Of a DNA stretch of 64,000 nt, positions 61,512 to 64,000 are shown piece by piece; within the stretch, counting starts at the first letter, position 1, and every line of letters begins with the position of its first letter. The notes below the pieces were generated by a model. That model saw only the letters and a list, made by a program, of their open reading frames with translations. It ran no database searches and was not told where the DNA came from. A program made the translations under genes and the position numbers. The stretch is from an uncultured Desulfobacterales bacterium (GTDB lineage Bacteria > Desulfobacterota > DSM-4660 > Desulfatiglandales > HGW-15): NCBI GenBank assembly GCA_964443135.1, contig CAYUBQ010000005.1:13692-77691 (forward strand). Reading direction: 5' to 3'.

Positions 61512-62999
61512 TTACTGGTAGGATCGGGGATTGAGACCCATTTTTCGGATCTTGTAGTGGAGCAGCTGCCGGGAGATCCCGAGCCTTCTGGCGGACTCCG
61601 AGACCCGGCCTCCGGTCTCTTCCAGGGTTCGGCAGATCAACTCCCGTTCCTGCCGGGTACGATACTCGGTGAGGCTGACCGGCGAATCGGGTTCACTCTC
61701 CTTCGCCGGGTCCGCAGAGGCCCCCGATGCGGCCGGGGCGGCTCCCTCGTCCTCCGTCGCCGGGTCCCTCGAAACGCAGGACATGTGGTTCCACTCCAGG
61801 TGGCGGACGCGAATCGCCTCGTGATGCCCGATCTCGTTCATGGCCCCTTCGATCACGTGCTCGAGCTCCCGTGCGTTGCCCGGCCACTCATAGGTCTGGA
61901 AGAGGTCCATGACGTTCTTGGAAACCGCCTGGACCTCCGTGCCCAGCTCCCGGTTGCACTTGGAGATGAAGTGGAGGACCAGGGCCTCGAGATCCATTTT
62001 GCGGTTGCGGAGGGGGGGAAGCCGCAGGACCACCACGCCGAGGCGGTAGAAGAGGTCCTTTCGGAGCGTTCCCTCCTCGATGGATTCGCGGGGGTCCTGG
62101 CAGAGGGAGCTGATCACCTTGACGTTCACGTCGATCTCGCGGGAGGAACCCAGGCGCCTCACCTTTCGCTCCTGAAGCACACGGAGCAGCTTGGCCTGGA
62201 GACCCAGTGGCATGGAGTCCAGCTCGTCCAAGAACAGCGTCCCTTCCCGGGCCTCCTCGAAGAGGCCGGGCTTGTCCACGGCCTCGGTGAACGCCCCGCG
62301 CACCGTGCCGAAGAGGAGGCTCTCCTGAAGGGTGTCGGGGAGGGCGGCGCAGTTCACGGCCACGAACGGATGCTCCCTCCGCGAGCTGAAGTTGTGAATC
62401 CCCTGGGCGAAAAGCTCCTTTCCGGTACCCGTCTCGCCGGAGATCATGACGGGGGAGTTGGAGTTCGCCGCCGCCCGGGCCCGTTCCACGCAGCGCAGGA
62501 ACCCCGGATCCGCGCCGATCAGGTCGGCGAAGATGTACCTCGTGCCGTTGTTGAACTGGCGTTCTTCCTCCCGCACCAACGCGGCCGAGGTGGAAATCTC
62601 CTTCTGCAGGATCTCCTGGTCTCTCACGAAGCAGATGGCCCCTTCGAGACGCTCGCCCGCCTTCAGAGGATAAACGCTGTGAATGGCGTTGCAGAGCTTT
62701 CCGTGCGGCGGCCGGTAGTAGAAGACCTGGTTGAGGATGGGCTGCCCGCTCTGGAGGCAGCGCATGATCATGCTGTTTTCTTCGTTCAGGTTGTAGAGAT
62801 CGGTGACCCGCTTTCCCACGGATTCCGACGGGGGCAGGTGGTCGATGCTCGCCTGGGCGCGGTTGCTGAACACCACCGTCCCGGTTCGATCCGTGATGAT
62901 CACCCCTTCCGGAAAGTCGGAGAACACCTCCAGAAAGTCCACCCTGGAGAGGTCCATGCCCCACGGGGCGCAGGTCCCGGTTTCGTCCGCCATGGCCAT
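61512..62999 (-). CDS. Sigma-54-dependent transcriptional activator (PAS-AAA+-HTH)
   Basis: Motifs: GETGTGKELFAQGIH, ESLLFGTVRGAFTEA (GAFTGA-like loop), LFLDELD, and C-terminal HTH ESARRLGISRQLLHYKIRKMGL. Confidence 0.9.
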   Translation of the reverse strand: MAMADETGTCAPWGMDLSRVDFLEVFSDFPEGVIITDRTGTVVFSNRAQASIDHLPPSESVGKRVTDLYNLNEENSMIMRCLQSGQPILNQVFYYRPPHGKLCNAIHSVYPLKAGERLEGAICFVRDQEILQKEISTSAALVREEERQFNNGTRYIFADLIGADPGFLRCVERARAAANSNSPVMISGETGTGKELFAQGIHNFSSRREHPFVAVNCAALPDTLQESLLFGTVRGAFTEAVDKPGLFEEAREGTLFLDELDSMPLGLQAKLLRVLQERKVRRLGSSREIDVNVKVISSLCQDPRESIEEGTLRKDLFYRLGVVVLRLPPLRNRKMDLEALVLHFISKCNRELGTEVQAVSKNVMDLFQTYEWPGNARELEHVIEGAMNEIGHHEAIRVRHLEWNHMSCVSRDPATEDEGAAPAASGASADPAKESEPDSPVSLTEYRTRQERELICRTLEETGGRVSESARRLGISRQLLHYKIRKMGLNPRSYQ

Positions 63000-63231
63000 G
63001 CCGTCTTTCCCTCCACACCACGAAAAAAGCCCACCCGGGAATCATGACGACGCCGTATCCCCTGTGCGGGCCTTTCCTCTGACCGCCCCGACAACTGCCC
63101 TCCGGAAGACGGGGCCGTCCGGAGGGGTTCCTCAAGGAAATCGCGACATCGATTCTGCGCCCGTTCCGAATGCATGTCAAGCAATTCCCGGGCCAGAACT
63201 GCGGGGCGCACCGCCCCGGATCGGACCCCGG

Positions 63232-64000
63232 CTACGCTCCCTTTTTCCCGTAGCAGTTGAGGCTTTGAAACCTCTCCCGGAAGGATTGGAGGAGAGGGGT
63301 GACCTCCCTGGCGGGCGGCAGGCTCTCCTTCAGCCGCCGTTCGATGTCCCCGGGGGGCAGCCGGACGTTCAGTCGTCGGCCCGGGACGTCGATGTCGATC
63401 ACATCTCCGTCCCGGATCGCGCCGAACGGCCCGCCGTTGTAAGCCTCCATCTCCACGTGGCCGATGCAGGGACCGGTGGTGGCCCCGGAAAACCGGCCGT
63501 CCGTGATCAGGGCGACCCGCCGGTAACCGGCCCCCATGATCGCGTCCGTGGGCGTGAGCATCTCCGGCATGCCGGGCGCCCCGGCCGGGCCCTGGTAAGG
63601 CAGGACCACCACGTCGCCTTCCCGGATCCCGCCCGCCTGAAGGGCGTCCAGGAGATCCCCTTCCGAGTGAAACACCTTGGCCGGACCGGAATGAGCGCGC
63701 ATCTCGGGGCTGAGCGCCGTCTGCTTGATGACGGCGCTGTGCGCGATGTTTCCCTTCAGGACGGCGATTCCGCCTTCCTCGTGGTAGGGGCGATCCAGGG
63801 GCCGGATGACCTCGTCGTCCCGGACGACCGCCCGTTCGGCCGCCTCTTTCAGAGCAAGGCCTTCACAGGTTCGGGTATCGTGGAGCATGTCGGCGAGGCG
63901 CGAGAGGATGGCGGGTATGCCGCCGGCCCGATCGACGTCCAGCATCTCGTGGGACCCGGCCGGGATGATGGAGCAGAGGTTCGGCGTTTCGCGGGAGATG
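63232..64000 (-). CDS. ilvD: Dihydroxy-acid dehydratase, C-terminal part (5' end beyond the window)
   Basis: Motifs: ALITDGRFSGATTGPCIGHV, GPAGAPGMPEML and GIAVLKGN. The reading frame stays open to nt 64000. Confidence 0.9.
   Translation of the reverse strand, partial: ISRETPNLCSIIPAGSHEMLDVDRAGGIPAILSRLADMLHDTRTCEGLALKEAAERAVVRDDEVIRPLDRPYHEEGGIAVLKGNIAHSAVIKQTALSPEMRAHSGPAKVFHSEGDLLDALQAGGIREGDVVVLPYQGPAGAPGMPEMLTPTDAIMGAGYRRVALITDGRFSGATTGPCIGHVEMEAYNGGPFGAIRDGDVIDIDVPGRRLNVRLPPGDIERRLKESLPPAREVTPLLQSFRERFQSLNCYGKKGA

Overview
GC-rich bacterial chromosomal segment with about 60 protein genes on both strands. By eye there are no rRNA or tRNA genes, CRISPR arrays, transposases or prophage genes. 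The gene content includes Hdr/MvhD/CCG modules, Tat-exported FeS proteins, sigma-54 activators, acyl-CoA metabolism and an ADP-forming acetyl-CoA-synthetase-like protein. It resembles a strict anaerobe of the deltaproteobacterial (Thermodesulfobacteriota-like) type; this is inference only. All family calls come from motif recognition in the supplied translations, with no searches run. Housekeeping genes recognised: yhhQ-like transporter, glmM, prmA-rsmE, eno, rapZ, HU, ridA, a pgk-like gene, hsp20-lon, yjbQ and ilvD (partial). The main finding is the 10.6-25.6 kb region. A near-consensus sigma-54 promoter with upstream GTTGC repeats precedes a tightly packed plus-strand operon: pseudo-receiver, HdrL-type HdrA with a GltD/NfnB-like insertion, MvhD, an FrhB-like FeS protein, a 1140-aa double HdrA, then HdrC and HdrB. 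The double HdrA carries a complete CheY-type receiver domain spliced into its catalytic core. Directly downstream lie a transmembrane histidine kinase with a CXXCH motif in its extracytoplasmic loop, a REC-PAS-kinase hybrid and a single-domain CheY. I read this as a flavin/FeS (possibly electron-bifurcating) enzyme controlled both by sigma-54 transcription and by phosphotransfer onto the enzyme itself; I cannot verify novelty. Second-tier items: (1) an ECF sigma / zinc-finger anti-sigma pair followed by a Tat-FeS protein, a membrane protein and a B-box-like Cys-rich protein, with two matching AACCT-N16/17-TCT promoters, 28.5-31.2 kb; (2) a self-contained 27-aa hydrophobic mini-gene with its own promoter, RBS and terminator, about 2.4-2.6 kb; (3) a cNMP-binding/PilZ fusion; (4) a PGK paralogue with an altered substrate-binding motif. 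There are also several decayed signalling genes: a caspase-like tail, a frameshifted MCP tail and a frameshifted kinase-receiver. The many long reverse-strand or alternate-frame ORFs in the track are GC-driven shadow ORFs.
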